DNA of 63,638 nucleotides, counting the filler. It is 6 parts of 6 records of this genome, joined end to end, with 100 filler letters (N's around TTAATTAATTAA, not from the genome) between each part and the next. Parts side by side here need not be neighbours in the genome. Positions count along the whole stretch, not along the records: positions 37,798 to 50,256 come from DRR378314_2277; positions 50,357 to 56,273 come from DRR378314_2280; positions 56,374 to 63,638 come from DRR378314_2281; 3 more parts are not named here. One strand, 5' to 3'. Numbering within the stretch: the first letter of the stretch is position 1; every line of letters begins with the position of its first letter. The notes beneath the pieces were generated by a model that searched no databases, was not told where the DNA came from, and saw only the letters and a list, made by a program, of their open reading frames with translations. This document shows positions 46,170 through 56,402 of the stretch, one piece after another. A program made the position numbers and the translations under genes.

Positions 46170-47243
46170 ATGGCGTACCTTTGGTGCGACAGCACCGACT
46201 CCCTGCGGGACTGGGCCGATGGCCTGGCTCCGGATCAGCCGCTTTACCTGGACACCGAGTTCATGCGCGAACGGACCTACTTTCCGCGCCTGGCCCTGGT
46301 GCAAGTGCACGACGGCGAGCATATTCGTCTGATCGACACCACCCGGGTGGACCCGCCGGCGCTGGTGCCGTTGTTCGCCGAACGCCCGTTGATCATGCAC
46401 GCCTGCTCGGAAGACCTGGAGGCGCTGGCGTCGTTCGCCGGCGCTTACCCGGAGCGGGTCCGCGACACCCAGATCGCCGCGGCGCTCACCGGCGAGGACA
46501 TGCAGGTGGGCTATCAGCGTCTGGTGGAGAACCGCATGGGGGTGAGCCTGGCCAAGGGCGCCACCCGCACCGACTGGCTGAAGCGGCCGCTCAGCGAGGA
46601 GCAGTTGCTGTACGCCGAGGACGACGTCAAGTATCTGCCGGAGCTCGCTGAGCAGCTTCAGGCCGAGCTGGAACGGTTGGGGCGGCTGGACTGGTGGTAT
46701 GAGGAATGCGCGCGGCTGCGCGATGATGCCCGCCGCCGCGCCGAGCCCCAGGCGGTGTGGCGCCAGGTGAAGGGCGCCGGCCATCTGCAGGGCCGCGAAC
46801 TGGCGGTGCTGGAAGCGCTCGCCGACTGGCGCGAAGCCACCGCCCGTGAGCGGGACCTGCCCAAGGGCTTCGTGCTGCGCGACAATACCCTGCTGGACCT
46901 GAGCCGCGCCGCCGTGCGCGGCCGCGTGGACCTGCAGAAGCTGGGGTTGCACCCGCGCGCCATCCGCCGTGACGGCGACGCGCTGCTGGCGCTGATTGAG
47001 CAGGCCGCCAAGGCGGAGCCGCCGGCGCCGCTGCCCGGGCCCCTGGACCCGGAGCAGCGCGGCACGGTGAAGGCGCTGCGCGAACGGGTAGGGCGGATCG
47101 CCGAGGAATTGTCACTGAAACCTGATGTGCTGGTGCGGCGCCGCTGGCTGGAAGCGCTGGTCCGCGACCCCGACGCGCTGCCGGAGCCGCTCACCGGCTG
47201 GCGTGAGGAGCTGGTCGCGCGGCCATTGAGAGAGATGCTATGA
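46170..47243 (+). CDS. rnd: Ribonuclease D
   Basis: [25 protein letters not shown] and YAEDD motifs; HRDC region. Confidence 0.95.
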   Translation: MAYLWCDSTDSLRDWADGLAPDQPLYLDTEFMRERTYFPRLALVQVHDGEHIRLIDTTRVDPPALVPLFAERPLIMHACSEDLEALASFAGAYPERVRDTQIAAALTGEDMQVGYQRLVENRMGVSLAKGATRTDWLKRPLSEEQLLYAEDDVKYLPELAEQLQAELERLGRLDWWYEECARLRDDARRRAEPQAVWRQVKGAGHLQGRELAVLEALADWREATARERDLPKGFVLRDNTLLDLSRAAVRGRVDLQKLGLHPRAIRRDGDALLALIEQAAKAEPPAPLPGPLDPEQRGTVKALRERVGRIAEELSLKPDVLVRRRWLEALVRDPDALPEPLTGWREELVARPLREML

Positions 47244-47554
47244 GTGCTTCAACTCTGCTTAAGGGCAAGCTGTTCTGCTCGATCTACAAGAGCCGCAAGC
47301 GCGCGGACATGTATTTGTACGTGCCCCGGGGCAAGGGGCTTCAGGACCTGCCGGAGGCGCTCGCCGAGCAGTTCGGCCCGGGCGTGCACGTCACCGATCT
47401 GATTCTGTCGCCGGAGCGCCCGCTGTCCCGCGCCGACGTCAACAAGGTCATGGCCGCCGTGCAGCAGCAGGGCTTTTACCTGCAGATGCCACCGCCGCCG
47501 GATCCGGATCTGTATCTGGCCGACGGCCACCCGGACCGCCCGCGCCGTGCGTGA
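47240..47554 (+). CDS. ycgL: YcgL domain protein
   Basis: CSIYKS, MYLYV and QGFYLQMPP motifs; follows rnd. Confidence 0.9.
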   Translation: MSASTLLKGKLFCSIYKSRKRADMYLYVPRGKGLQDLPEALAEQFGPGVHVTDLILSPERPLSRADVNKVMAAVQQQGFYLQMPPPPDPDLYLADGHPDRPRRA

Positions 47555-47984
47555 GCGCTTCTGGGAGCTGCCCCTGGAGCAGCTCGACGCCCGTGAGTGG
47601 GAGGCCCTGTGCGATGGCTGCGGGCGCTGCTGTCTGGTTAAACTGGAAGACGAGGACAGCGGCGAGGTGGCCTTCACCGACGTGGCCTGTGGTTACCTGG
47701 ACACCGAACAGTGCCGCTGCCGGGTGTACCCGGAGCGCCATCACTATGTGCCGGATTGTGTTGAGGTCACCGCCGAGGTGGCGCAGCATTTCGACTGGCT
47801 GCCCGACACCTGCGCCTACCGCCTGCGCGCCCGGGGCCGGCCGTTGAAAGCCTGGCACCCGTTGCGGTCCGGGCGGGCGGAGTCGGTCCGCGAGGCCGGG
47901 GTCAGCGTGGCCGGGCGGGTGGTCAGCGAAACCACGGTGGATGAAGCGGACCTGGAAGAGCGTATTATTCACTGGGTGAACTGA
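47547..47984 (+). CDS. ycgN: YcgN family cysteine-cluster protein
   Basis: [13 protein letters not shown] and WLPDTCAYR motifs. Confidence 0.9.
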   Translation: MRERFWELPLEQLDAREWEALCDGCGRCCLVKLEDEDSGEVAFTDVACGYLDTEQCRCRVYPERHHYVPDCVEVTAEVAQHFDWLPDTCAYRLRARGRPLKAWHPLRSGRAESVREAGVSVAGRVVSETTVDEADLEERIIHWVN

Positions 47985-47993
47985 GGAGAGATC

Positions 47994-48341
47994 GTGACGA
48001 CGAAAGCCTATTTGTGGGGATGGTTCGCCTATTTGCTCGGCTCGGTGGGCGTGCTGTTCGTGCTCTGGTACATCACCCGGCCGCTGCGCGGCTGGCTGCG
48101 GCTGCCGCTGCGCGCCCTGGCGGCGGCGCTGCTGTTGATGCCCTGGCCGGTGTCGCCGAACCACCAGGAATGGGGGCCGGCCTGGGTGGTCAGCCTGTTC
48201 GACGGTCTGGCCCGGGAAGACGTGAGCCTGTGGCGTGCCGGCGGGCCTCTGCTGGCCGTGTTGCTGCTGGCGCTGTTGTTGGCCGGCGCGGAAATCTGGC
48301 GCCAGCGGCGCAAGCAAGATTACCTGCAATCGGAGAACTGA
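47994..48341 (+). CDS. Small membrane protein
   Basis: GAGGAG RBS, three hydrophobic segments, operon position. Confidence 0.75.
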   Translation: MTTKAYLWGWFAYLLGSVGVLFVLWYITRPLRGWLRLPLRALAAALLLMPWPVSPNHQEWGPAWVVSLFDGLAREDVSLWRAGGPLLAVLLLALLLAGAEIWRQRRKQDYLQSEN

Positions 48342-48791
48342 GTGGCTGACTGCGTGTTTTGCCAGATACTGGAGGGGCGCGCCGAGGGCAGCGTGGTCTA
48401 CCGGGATGAGCGGGCCATCGTGCTGCTGGACCTGTTTCCGGTGCGCGAGGCCCACTGCCTGGTGATTCCGGTGCAGCACCAGCCCCTGCTTCAGGACCTG
48501 GAGCCGGACCTCTGCGCCCATCTGTTCGAGCTGGCCCGGCGTACCATTCGTGCGCACAAGCGGGCCGGCCTGGACGTGCTGGCCCACAACGTGATCGTCA
48601 ACGACGGCCGCGAAGCCAACCAGCACGTGCCCCATGTGCATGTGCACGTGATTCCCCGCCGTGGCGGCGACACCCTGGCCACCGCGCTGACCTGGGGCAC
48701 GCGCATGATGAACATCTTCGGACTGGCCAAGCGCCGCCGCCGGCTGGACCGCCTGGCCGGCCTGCTCGCCGAGCACTTCCCCGAATCCTGA
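48342..48791 (+). CDS. HIT family hydrolase
   Basis: CVFC and HVPHVHVHVIPR motifs. Confidence 0.93.
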   Translation: MADCVFCQILEGRAEGSVVYRDERAIVLLDLFPVREAHCLVIPVQHQPLLQDLEPDLCAHLFELARRTIRAHKRAGLDVLAHNVIVNDGREANQHVPHVHVHVIPRRGGDTLATALTWGTRMMNIFGLAKRRRRLDRLAGLLAEHFPES

Positions 48792-48803
48792 CGGCGCCCG
48801 CTT

Positions 48804-49562
48804 TTATCCGGCCGGTCTTGGTGGCCGCGCGCAGACCCGCAGTTGCAGCGGCCAGCGCACGGTTCTTTCCGCCTCTCCCCAGTGTTCCCGCAGCACCGGC
48901 AGGAACGCCGCCAGCGGGTCGTCGCCGTGGTCGCGGGCTTTGACCAGTGCCGACCAGGTATCCAGATAGCCGGCCATGTCCTGCCAGTGCCATTGCCGTT
49001 CCAGCGGCATGGGCGGCGGGCCTTCGAGCTCCGGCCAGGGCAGGGTGACGCTTCGGTAGCCCTCGATCACCAGCCAGCGCGCCGCCGGCCACCAGGGTTT
49101 CAGGGTGCGGTCGTGGAAGTCCTCGATCAGGCCCTCGAGGCCGGCCACGCTGCACAGTCCATAGCTGATGATCGCCAGCAGCCCCTCGTCGCGCAGCACG
49201 CGGGCGCTCTCATGGAAAAAAGCGGGCAGGGGGAACCAGTGCAGCGCCTGCGCCACGGTGATCAGATCGACGCTGTTGTCGGCGACCGGCAAGGCGTCCG
49301 CGTGCGCCGCCAGATAATGGCTGGTGCCGGGCGGCGCCGCTTTGAGCTGATCGACACTGACGTCGCCGCCGAGCACGGTGTCGAACCAGGGTTCCAGCGC
49401 GCGGCAGGCCTGTCCGCTGCCGCAACCCAGATCCAGGGCGAGACGGTGGCCGGGGCTGTGCTGCGCCAGCCACTGGAACAGGGCGGCGGGGTAGTCGGGG
49501 CGGTGGCTCTGGTAGTCGCCGCCGCGGTGAAACAGCGGGCGCTCAGTGTTCGTCGAGGTCAT
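48804..49562 (-). CDS. Class I SAM-dependent methyltransferase
   Basis: RPDYP, LDLGCGSG and VAQALHWF motifs; start overlaps the end of the PilZ gene. Confidence 0.9.
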   Translation of the reverse strand: MTSTNTERPLFHRGGDYQSHRPDYPAALFQWLAQHSPGHRLALDLGCGSGQACRALEPWFDTVLGGDVSVDQLKAAPPGTSHYLAAHADALPVADNSVDLITVAQALHWFPLPAFFHESARVLRDEGLLAIISYGLCSVAGLEGLIEDFHDRTLKPWWPAARWLVIEGYRSVTLPWPELEGPPPMPLERQWHWQDMAGYLDTWSALVKARDHGDDPLAAFLPVLREHWGEAERTVRWPLQLRVCARPPRPAG

Positions 49563-49902
49563 GGTCTTGGTCGAAGCGCGCCGACCAGAACCGGCCGTCA
49601 CTGCGTTCCAGGTTGAGCGCGATGCCCGCGCGCCATTGTCCCAGCGGCGCGGCGCACCAGGCGATGGTGCCGTACAGATGAAGGCGGCGCTCGTCCCCGG
49701 GCAGCGTAATCCACAGTTCCACATCGGTATCCGGCGTGATCGAGTGGGGGAACGCCACCCCCAGGCCGGTTCGGGACACATCCCGGCATAGCAGATGCAG
49801 CGACTCCTCGTCCGCCGCCGGCGGATCCCGACGCAGGGTCAGGGACACCCCCCGGGGCGGGTCGCGGCGTGGATGATGACGGTGCTCTTGCTGGGACGAC
49901 AT
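49543..49902 (-). CDS. Stand-alone PilZ domain protein
   Basis: RHHPR (RxxxR) and DVSRTG (DxSxxG) motifs. Confidence 0.85.
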   Translation of the reverse strand: MSSQQEHRHHPRRDPPRGVSLTLRRDPPAADEESLHLLCRDVSRTGLGVAFPHSITPDTDVELWITLPGDERRLHLYGTIAWCAAPLGQWRAGIALNLERSDGRFWSARFDQDHDLDEH

Positions 49903-49922
49903 GGATCACCCGTTCAAATGAT

Positions 49923-50075
49923 TCACCCGTAAATTTGCCGGTCCACCACGTAGGCGGCCCCGGCGATCACCACCGTCACCATAAACAAAAAGCCGAGGAA
50001 CAGCAGGGCCGGCTTAACGGATTTGGGAAGCGGCTCGGTGGGCCGCTCGCGGTGTCTTGCTTGTGGGTCTTGCAT
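49923..50075 (-). CDS. Small single-TM protein (about 50 aa)
   Basis: MQDPQARHRERPTEPLPKSVKPALLFLGFLFMVTVVIAGAAYVVDRQIYG, co-oriented with its neighbours. Confidence 0.5.
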   Translation of the reverse strand: MQDPQARHRERPTEPLPKSVKPALLFLGFLFMVTVVIAGAAYVVDRQIYG

Positions 50076-50163
50076 GGTCTGGGCCTTTGCTGGCGGCGCA
50101 ATAAATACCCTGAAGTATCGGATATTCAGACCCGGGAAGAAACCATCTTGTCGGGCACGGGCT

Positions 50164-50256
50164 TCAGAAGCGATACCGTCCGGCTTCGATGCCGGCCTGG
50201 ATCTCCGGCGTGAGGCGCTGGTAGCCGCTCTCGCCGGGCAGCAGCACATAGACCGG
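50164..50256 (-). CDS. C-terminal fragment of an unidentified gene
   Basis: Open frame from the contig edge, PVYVLLPGESGYQRLTPEIQAGIEAGRYRF*, with GC3-rich codons. Confidence 0.55.
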   Translation of the reverse strand, partial: PVYVLLPGESGYQRLTPEIQAGIEAGRYRF

Positions 50257-50356
50257 NNNNNNNNNNNNNNNNNNNNNNNNNNNNNNNNNNNNNNNNNNNN
50301 TTAATTAATTAANNNNNNNNNNNNNNNNNNNNNNNNNNNNNNNNNNNNNNNNNNNN
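50257..50356. other. Artificial contig spacer
   Basis: 44 N + TTAATTAATTAA + 44 N. Confidence 0.99.
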
Positions 50357-50384
50357 GAGGAAAGAGGAAAGAGGAAAGAGGAAA
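50357..50384. repeat. Heptamer tandem repeat (GAGGAAA)x4 at contig edge
   Basis: Four exact copies visible, cut by the spacer. Confidence 0.9.
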
Positions 50385-50556
50385 GTATCGGCTACGCTTC
50401 CAAAAGAGCCATTTGCATGCCTATAAAACCGGCACCCAAATGGCTCTATTTATGCTCGACGTCTCCTAGCACAAGTGCATTTCTAAAGTTAACGACTGGT
50501 ATGAACTAACTCTATTGATATTAAATTTTCAACAATACGTATTCGTGGTTAGCGGC

Positions 50557-51585
50557 CTAAAACCCTAACAACCGCTTACGCATAGGACGAATAGAGAACA
50601 GTACCAGTGCGCCTAAGGCTAGCCACTCGACAGATGCAGGTAGCAACTCCTGAACTTGGCTCGCCTGCTGAACCGGATCCCAACCTGTCATCGCCAGCCC
50701 TTGATCAAACACCCAGCCAATCAGCACCGTCACCAGCAGAATGCTGACGAGATAAACCGCTAACGCTTGGTTGCCAAACTCACGCCGCAGAATAGCCAGG
50801 GTGGCTAGGCTCGTCACAGGGCCAGCCAGTAGAAAAACTAACGCCATCCCCGGTGAAATGCCTGCCAATAGCAAGCCAGCGGCAACCGGTGTAGCTGCAG
50901 TCGCACAGATATATAAAGGAATACCAATGACCGCCATAAGGATTAGCGCCAACAAGCCACCCGAAAAACCTACCAGGGTTTCCGGCGGCACAAAGGTAAC
51001 CAGCACCCCCGCCAGCAATAAACCGGCAAACATCCAACTACTGATGTCATCCAATAAATCACTAAAGGCATACTTTAATCCTGCGATTACCCCCGTCGAC
51101 TCAGTAGCATGTGCGTGAGCATTGCCATCATCAGCCCCTTTTGATGCACAGCAGTTGCTAACAGGGGTGCTTTTCGGCAGCGCTGCTTGGCCGGTAAAGC
51201 CCACTAAAATGCCCGTCACTATCGCCGTTACCAAGGCTCCCAACACTCGCGCCAGCGCCATTAAGGGGCCTAACAGTACACTGGTGATGAGCATTGAATC
51301 CACCCCAACGCCAGGTGTGCTAATCAGGAAAGACGTGGTTGGCCCACGGCCCGCCCCACCCCGATGCAACGCCAGCGCGGTGGGAATCGCTCCGCAGGAA
51401 CACAGTGGCAACGGCATACCAATCACCGCTGCGCGTAAAATGCTGCCTAGCCCACGCCCCCCCATCCAACGCTGTAATAGATGTTCTGGCATTAAAGCCT
51501 TAATTAATCCCGCAATCACCAGCCCCAGCAGCAGCCAAGGCGCGGCGCTTAACGCAATACTCAACAACTCATTAATCAAACTCAT
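50557..51585 (-). CDS. SO_0444-like/ArsP-family metal permease
   Basis: PLPLCSCG, FLISTP, PLYICATA and FLLAGP motifs; central CC/His loop. Confidence 0.88.
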   Translation of the reverse strand: MSLINELLSIALSAAPWLLLGLVIAGLIKALMPEHLLQRWMGGRGLGSILRAAVIGMPLPLCSCGAIPTALALHRGGAGRGPTTSFLISTPGVGVDSMLITSVLLGPLMALARVLGALVTAIVTGILVGFTGQAALPKSTPVSNCCASKGADDGNAHAHATESTGVIAGLKYAFSDLLDDISSWMFAGLLLAGVLVTFVPPETLVGFSGGLLALILMAVIGIPLYICATAATPVAAGLLLAGISPGMALVFLLAGPVTSLATLAILRREFGNQALAVYLVSILLVTVLIGWVFDQGLAMTGWDPVQQASQVQELLPASVEWLALGALVLFSIRPMRKRLLGF

Positions 51586-51623
51586 CGTCGGTTACCTGCT
51601 TGTTAGTCAAGAGAATAACGACT

Positions 51624-51654
51624 AGCCTAAACCCTGTAATCGTTACAGGGTCAA
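51624..51654 (-). promoter_or_regulatory. MerR-type promoter/operator for the permease
   Basis: Minus strand TTGACC-19 bp-TAGGCT with dyad ACCCTGTAA-TCG-TTACAGGGT at 51631-51651. Confidence 0.9.
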
Positions 51655-51658
51655 GCCA

Positions 51659-52102
51659 ATGAAACGCTACTATCGTATCGGTGAAGTTGCCAGCCGAACC
51701 GGATGCTCGCCGGAAAGCATTCGCCATTATGAAAAGCTGGGATTACTGGCACCGCCACAGCGGGGAGAGCAAGGCTACCGGTCTTATGATCAAGCGGCAT
51801 TAGAACGCATTGGCTTTATTCGCCATGGCCGTAGCCTGGGGTTAGATCTGCACAGCATTCAGGAGTTGTTAGCACTTTCCGACAACCCCGACACCGACTG
51901 CACCGCCGCCGATAATATTGCCAGCCGTCATCTAGAGCACTTAGAAGAACGCATCGCTGCTTTACAGGCACTGGCAGGGGAGCTGCGCCAAGTGGTGCAT
52001 CAATGCCGAGGCGGCAAGGCGGCTAACTGTCAGATCATTCAAACGCTGTATGACCACCAACCCACCTGCACCGAGCGGGGATGCGGAGAAGTGACGGCGT
52101 AA
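51659..52102 (+). CDS. MerR-family metal-responsive regulator (CadR/PbrR-like)
   Basis: YRIGEVA..IRHYEKLGLL HTH; cysteines in DCT, QCRGG and NCQII; extra CxxxxC tail. Confidence 0.9.
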   Translation: MKRYYRIGEVASRTGCSPESIRHYEKLGLLAPPQRGEQGYRSYDQAALERIGFIRHGRSLGLDLHSIQELLALSDNPDTDCTAADNIASRHLEHLEERIAALQALAGELRQVVHQCRGGKAANCQIIQTLYDHQPTCTERGCGEVTA

Positions 52103-52153
52103 AGACTACCCCCTGCAATATCGCAGTTCAGTATCGTAAAAAAGGAACACCGC

Positions 52154-52681
52154 ATGATTGAGACAAGGGAACAACTCGACGCCATTAAAAAGTCATGCTA
52201 TTCGATGGTGACCAAAAGCGCAGGGATCTCAGCAGGCACCGCCATTATTCCCATACCTGGGCTGGATATCGGCTCAGACGTGGCCATCTTGATGCGCATA
52301 ATTCCCAAAATTAATGCCCAGTTTGGTTTATCGCCTGAACAAATCGAAAGCCTAGATACTGAAACTAAGCTTTTTGTGATGACCGCCATTTCCAATACGG
52401 GAAGCAAGTTAGCCGGAAAATACATCACCAAGACGTTAATCATAACGCTACTGAACAAGATGGGCGTTAAAGTTGCTGCCAAAGGTGTTTCTAAGTTTGT
52501 TCCCTTTATTGGCAGCGCTGTGGCAGGCAGTATTAGCTTTACTGCCATGAAGTACATGGGCAACAGACATATCGAGGATTGCTACAAGATTGCCTTGGCA
52601 ACTCTGGAAAACAAGCAGCTACCTCCAGCGGCAGAGCCTGCGACCTTTATCCCTGCCGACCACCCTGCTAATTCCCATTAG
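52154..52681 (+). CDS. DUF697/EcsC-like hypothetical protein
   Basis: IPIPGLD and KFVPFIGSAVAG motifs; AAGGAA RBS. Confidence 0.75.
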   Translation: MIETREQLDAIKKSCYSMVTKSAGISAGTAIIPIPGLDIGSDVAILMRIIPKINAQFGLSPEQIESLDTETKLFVMTAISNTGSKLAGKYITKTLIITLLNKMGVKVAAKGVSKFVPFIGSAVAGSISFTAMKYMGNRHIEDCYKIALATLENKQLPPAAEPATFIPADHPANSH

Positions 52682-52761
52682 CGGGTAGCAATACGGCCTG
52701 ACAGAATAGCTTCCTACCTTGAGACAGCGGTTAGCACGACTAAAGGAAGTTACAGTGTCAT

Positions 52762-54285
52762 CTATGGACTGGAACTAGGGCTATATCGCTGGCCTGCATG
52801 AATATTACCCATGAGCAGCAAGCTTAGTACGCCAAAACAGGCTAGCCCTGCCAACAACATTGCCAAATGAAAACCACTTTCCATCGCGCGGGTAAAAAGG
52901 TCTTGAAGTGCGATTGAGGTGTTGGGGAATACGTGCTGAGTAATAGCCTCGCGCGCAATCTGTTCCACACTACCCACTCCTTGCTCAGCTCCTTTATCAA
53001 CTCCTCTCTCAACTACGGCAGAAGCAGAGGCAAAAACATGAATTGCCCGCTCACTCATTAATGTACCAAGCAGCGCAATACCAATTGTCATGCCAGCTTG
53101 GCGGAGTGCATTCATTGTTGCAGAGGCGGCTCCCGATAGTTTGGCCGGTGCCAGGCTCATCACGGCAATGCTAGTGGCAGGAACTGCCAGCCCCACCCCG
53201 ATACCGAGTAACGCAAACCATCCCCCCACAACCCAGTAAGGTGTCTGTGCCGTGGCCGCTGCCATTAATAGCAAAGCAAGCCCAGCGAAGCCGTATCCTA
53301 CTGCCGTTAACCGCTGCAGGGGAATCAGCTTATTTAATCTTCCGAATAGCAGAGAAACACACAGCGTCATGACAAATTGCGGCATCATGCGCCAGCCAGC
53401 CTCAACAGGCGACCAATGCTGAATCTGCTGGAGAAAAATCGAGAAAAAGAACAGGCTACTGTAGTAAGAGAATCCCAATACAAACGAGGCGAAATTCGCC
53501 ACTAAAAAAGCGCGTTCCTGCAGAAGTGCTATCGGCAGTAAAGGCCGCTCTACACGACTTTCTACCACCGCGAACAGTACAAAGCTGATCGCGGCGACCA
53601 TCAAGGCAATGCCCCCCATTGTGATATTTTCGCCTGCCTCAATCATGCCAAAAGCCAATGCGCCCAGGGCTACCACACTAAGAATTTGGCCCAACGGATC
53701 ACGTGCAGCGTGTTCGGGATACTTACGCTCGGTAATGCCGTACATGCCTAGCACCACGACCAATATACCCAGTGGAAGATTAATCAAAAAAATGCTCTGC
53801 CAGCCAAAATGATGCAGCAATAGCCCCCCGCATAACGGCCCCAGGATTAGCGCCAAGGCGTTGGAGGCTGACCAAGCACCGATTACGTGCGAACGCTCCT
53901 TTGGATTGGGAAAGGCAGAGGTAAGAATAGGCATAGCACCACAGATCAGGAAAGCGCCTGCAGTTCCCTGGATGGCCCTACCCACCAGCAACACCGGCAA
54001 TGACGGCGCCCAACCGCACACTGCCGAGCCCAGTGTGAACAGGATGACACCACTGAGCCAAGCGCGCTTTTGACCATACCTATCCGCTATTGGACCCGCA
54101 GACAGCATGAACCCAGATAGGCAGATCGCATAAGCGTTGACTACCCACTGCAGCCCTACGATATCGGTGCGTAATGCCGTCTGCATGGTAGGGAGTGCCA
54201 CGTTGACGATGCTGATATCAAGTGTGGCAATAAAGCTTCCAAGACAAACAGCGCACAATGCGCCGTAGCGGCGAGAAGGCTGCAT
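52762..54285 (-). CDS. DHA2-family MFS efflux pump
   Basis: LDISIVNVALP, DRYGQKR and WQSIFLINLPLG motifs; about 14 TM. Confidence 0.93.
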   Translation of the reverse strand: MQPSRRYGALCAVCLGSFIATLDISIVNVALPTMQTALRTDIVGLQWVVNAYAICLSGFMLSAGPIADRYGQKRAWLSGVILFTLGSAVCGWAPSLPVLLVGRAIQGTAGAFLICGAMPILTSAFPNPKERSHVIGAWSASNALALILGPLCGGLLLHHFGWQSIFLINLPLGILVVVLGMYGITERKYPEHAARDPLGQILSVVALGALAFGMIEAGENITMGGIALMVAAISFVLFAVVESRVERPLLPIALLQERAFLVANFASFVLGFSYYSSLFFFSIFLQQIQHWSPVEAGWRMMPQFVMTLCVSLLFGRLNKLIPLQRLTAVGYGFAGLALLLMAAATAQTPYWVVGGWFALLGIGVGLAVPATSIAVMSLAPAKLSGAASATMNALRQAGMTIGIALLGTLMSERAIHVFASASAVVERGVDKGAEQGVGSVEQIAREAITQHVFPNTSIALQDLFTRAMESGFHLAMLLAGLACFGVLSLLLMGNIHAGQRYSPSSSP

Positions 54286-54330
54286 GACAGTTCCTTACGG
54301 TGAGATAGAAAATTGCGTGCTCTTTGCTTA

Positions 54331-54359
54331 AGCATACAAACCGACCGACCGTCGGTCAA
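54331..54359 (-). promoter_or_regulatory. Sigma70 promoter of the MFS gene overlapped by a TetR-type palindrome
   Basis: Minus strand TTGACC-17 bp-TATGCT; palindrome GACCGAC-C-GTCGGTC at 54343-54357. Confidence 0.82.
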
Positions 54360-54465
54360 CACATTATACTGTATCGATCGCCTATGCTCTGAGCCTTAGC
54401 TCGCCTAAACTAGGCCGTATTTTCTAAGGGATGTTGAAGCCAACCAAGAGTTAAAAATCGACATA

Positions 54466-55101
54466 ATGGATCATAAGACAACGAAGCCAACGCCGCAGGC
54501 AGCTAAAGCGCCAAGAACCAAACCGGCTGAAATTCGCCTAAATGAGCTGATGACTGCCGCCGAAAAGCTCTTCCTGGCCAAAGGCGTTGAAGCCACAACA
54601 ATCAACGAAATTGTTAAGGAAGCCCAAGTTGCCAAAGGCACGTTCTATCACTACTTCTCATCCAAGAACGACATGCTGGTTGCTTTGGGTGAACGGTACA
54701 CGACTGACTTTCTAGCGCGCCTCCAGAAAGCCCTGGACGCCTGCCCAGACCACGATTGGCTGCAGCGATTGAGAACATGGATTGAAGTCAGCGTCGACGT
54801 GTATGCACAAACATACCGAACGCACGACATCGTCTACACCAACCATCACCATCATGATCGTTCTAACCAAGCCAGGAACGCCCTTCTTGATCAACTGCTA
54901 GACATCATTGAAGGTGGACAATTGGCGGGCACCTGGCGAGTGGAGGAACCAAGGGTAGTGGCTCTGGTTATTTATTCAGGGGTGCATGGCGCCACAGACG
55001 ATATCATTGCAGCCAAGGCTAACGACCGTGCACGCTTTGCACACCAAGTTGCAGATGCTTGTCTGCGTATGCTGCCCCCTCCGGAAAAGACAGCCAGATA
55101 A
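54466..55101 (+). CDS. TetR/AcrR-family regulator
   Basis: AAEKLF..GVEATTINEI..VAKGTFYHYFSSK HTH; divergent from the MFS gene. Confidence 0.94.
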   Translation: MDHKTTKPTPQAAKAPRTKPAEIRLNELMTAAEKLFLAKGVEATTINEIVKEAQVAKGTFYHYFSSKNDMLVALGERYTTDFLARLQKALDACPDHDWLQRLRTWIEVSVDVYAQTYRTHDIVYTNHHHHDRSNQARNALLDQLLDIIEGGQLAGTWRVEEPRVVALVIYSGVHGATDDIIAAKANDRARFAHQVADACLRMLPPPEKTAR

Positions 55102-55127
55102 ACTTTTTATCGCGGATCTCAGCGCCT

Positions 55128-56273
55128 ATGATTAACGCCTTTGCCGTATCCAACTATCGCAGTCTGAAAAACGTTGTCTCCCCCCTAACAGGTCTCAATG
55201 TGGTTACCGGACCCAATGGGTGTGGAAAATCCAACCTGTATAAATCGCTGCGGCTACTGGCAGAGACAGCTAAAGGCAATTTGATCTCATCGATTGCCCA
55301 GGAAGGCGGGCTTGATTACACCTTCTGGGCTGGCCCGGAAAAACTCACCAAAAGCATGAAAGATGGCACTGCGCCCATAGAAGGCTCCGCCAAGAGAAAC
55401 AATCCCCGCCTTAGGCTGGGTTTTGTGGGTGAAGACTTTGGTTACGCCATTTCACTGGGAATGCCCGCGCCGCAGGGGTTTGCTGGCTACGGGGACCCTT
55501 CCATGTTCCAGTTCGACCCCGAGATAAAGCGCGAGTGTATCTGGGCTGGCGACGTCTGCCGCCCCAGCAGTTGCCTGATCGACCGAGTCGGATCGGTGGT
55601 GAAAGTGCGTGTTGGCCGCAAATGGCAGGTTTACGACGCCCATCTCAATAGCTACGAAAGCATTTTGAACGAAATCAGTGACCCGATCGCCGTGCCTGAG
55701 GTTCATGCGGTCCGGCAAGCCATTCGTAGTTGGCGCTTCTATGACCAGTTCCGAACCGATTCGCAATCTATTATCCGCACACCACAGATTGGTACCCGCA
55801 CCCCGGTGCTGGATCATGATGGCCACAGCCTAGTGGCCGCATTACGAACCATCCACGAGATTGGCGACAGAGAAGCGTTGTACGAGGCGATTGAAGACGC
55901 CTTTCCCGGTGCAACCATCAATTTTGCAGCCGACGCCGGTAATCGCTTCCTATTACAATTTCTTCAGGATGGGCTGCTGCGCCCCTTAAACCAGTCGGAA
56001 TTATCCGACGGAACGCTTCGCTATCTGCTGCTGGTGGCGGCGCTGCTTACCCCTCGTCCGCCCTCCCTATTAGTGTTAAACGAACCGGAAACCAGCTTGC
56101 ATCCGGATCTGCTGCCTGCCCTAGGACGCCTGATTATTCGCGCATCGCAGGAAACCCAAGTGTGGGTGGTCTCCCACGCGCCACGCTTGGTGGCCACTTT
56201 GGAAAAAGAGGCTGCCTGTAACGCGATTGCTCTGAATAAAGAGTTTGGCGAGACCGTTATCCTCGGCCAGGGA
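55128..56273 (+). CDS. ABC/SMC-like AAA ATPase (AAA_21 type), 3' truncated
   Basis: Walker A GPNGCGKS, signature LSDGT, Walker B LNEPE and SH switch. Confidence 0.88.
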
Positions 56274-56373
56274 NNNNNNNNNNNNNNNNNNNNNNNNNNN
56301 NNNNNNNNNNNNNNNNNTTAATTAATTAANNNNNNNNNNNNNNNNNNNNNNNNNNNNNNNNNNNNNNNNNNNN
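56274..56373. other. Artificial contig spacer
   Basis: 44 N + TTAATTAATTAA + 44 N. Confidence 0.99.
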
Positions 56374-56402
56374 CCGGTCGCCGATGGCTGTGCCTACGAC
56401 AG

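Noticed and set aside
55128-56273. AAA ATPase as an anti-phage defence component
   Set aside because: No partner nuclease or Toprim gene is visible and the contig ends inside the gene, so the claim cannot be supported
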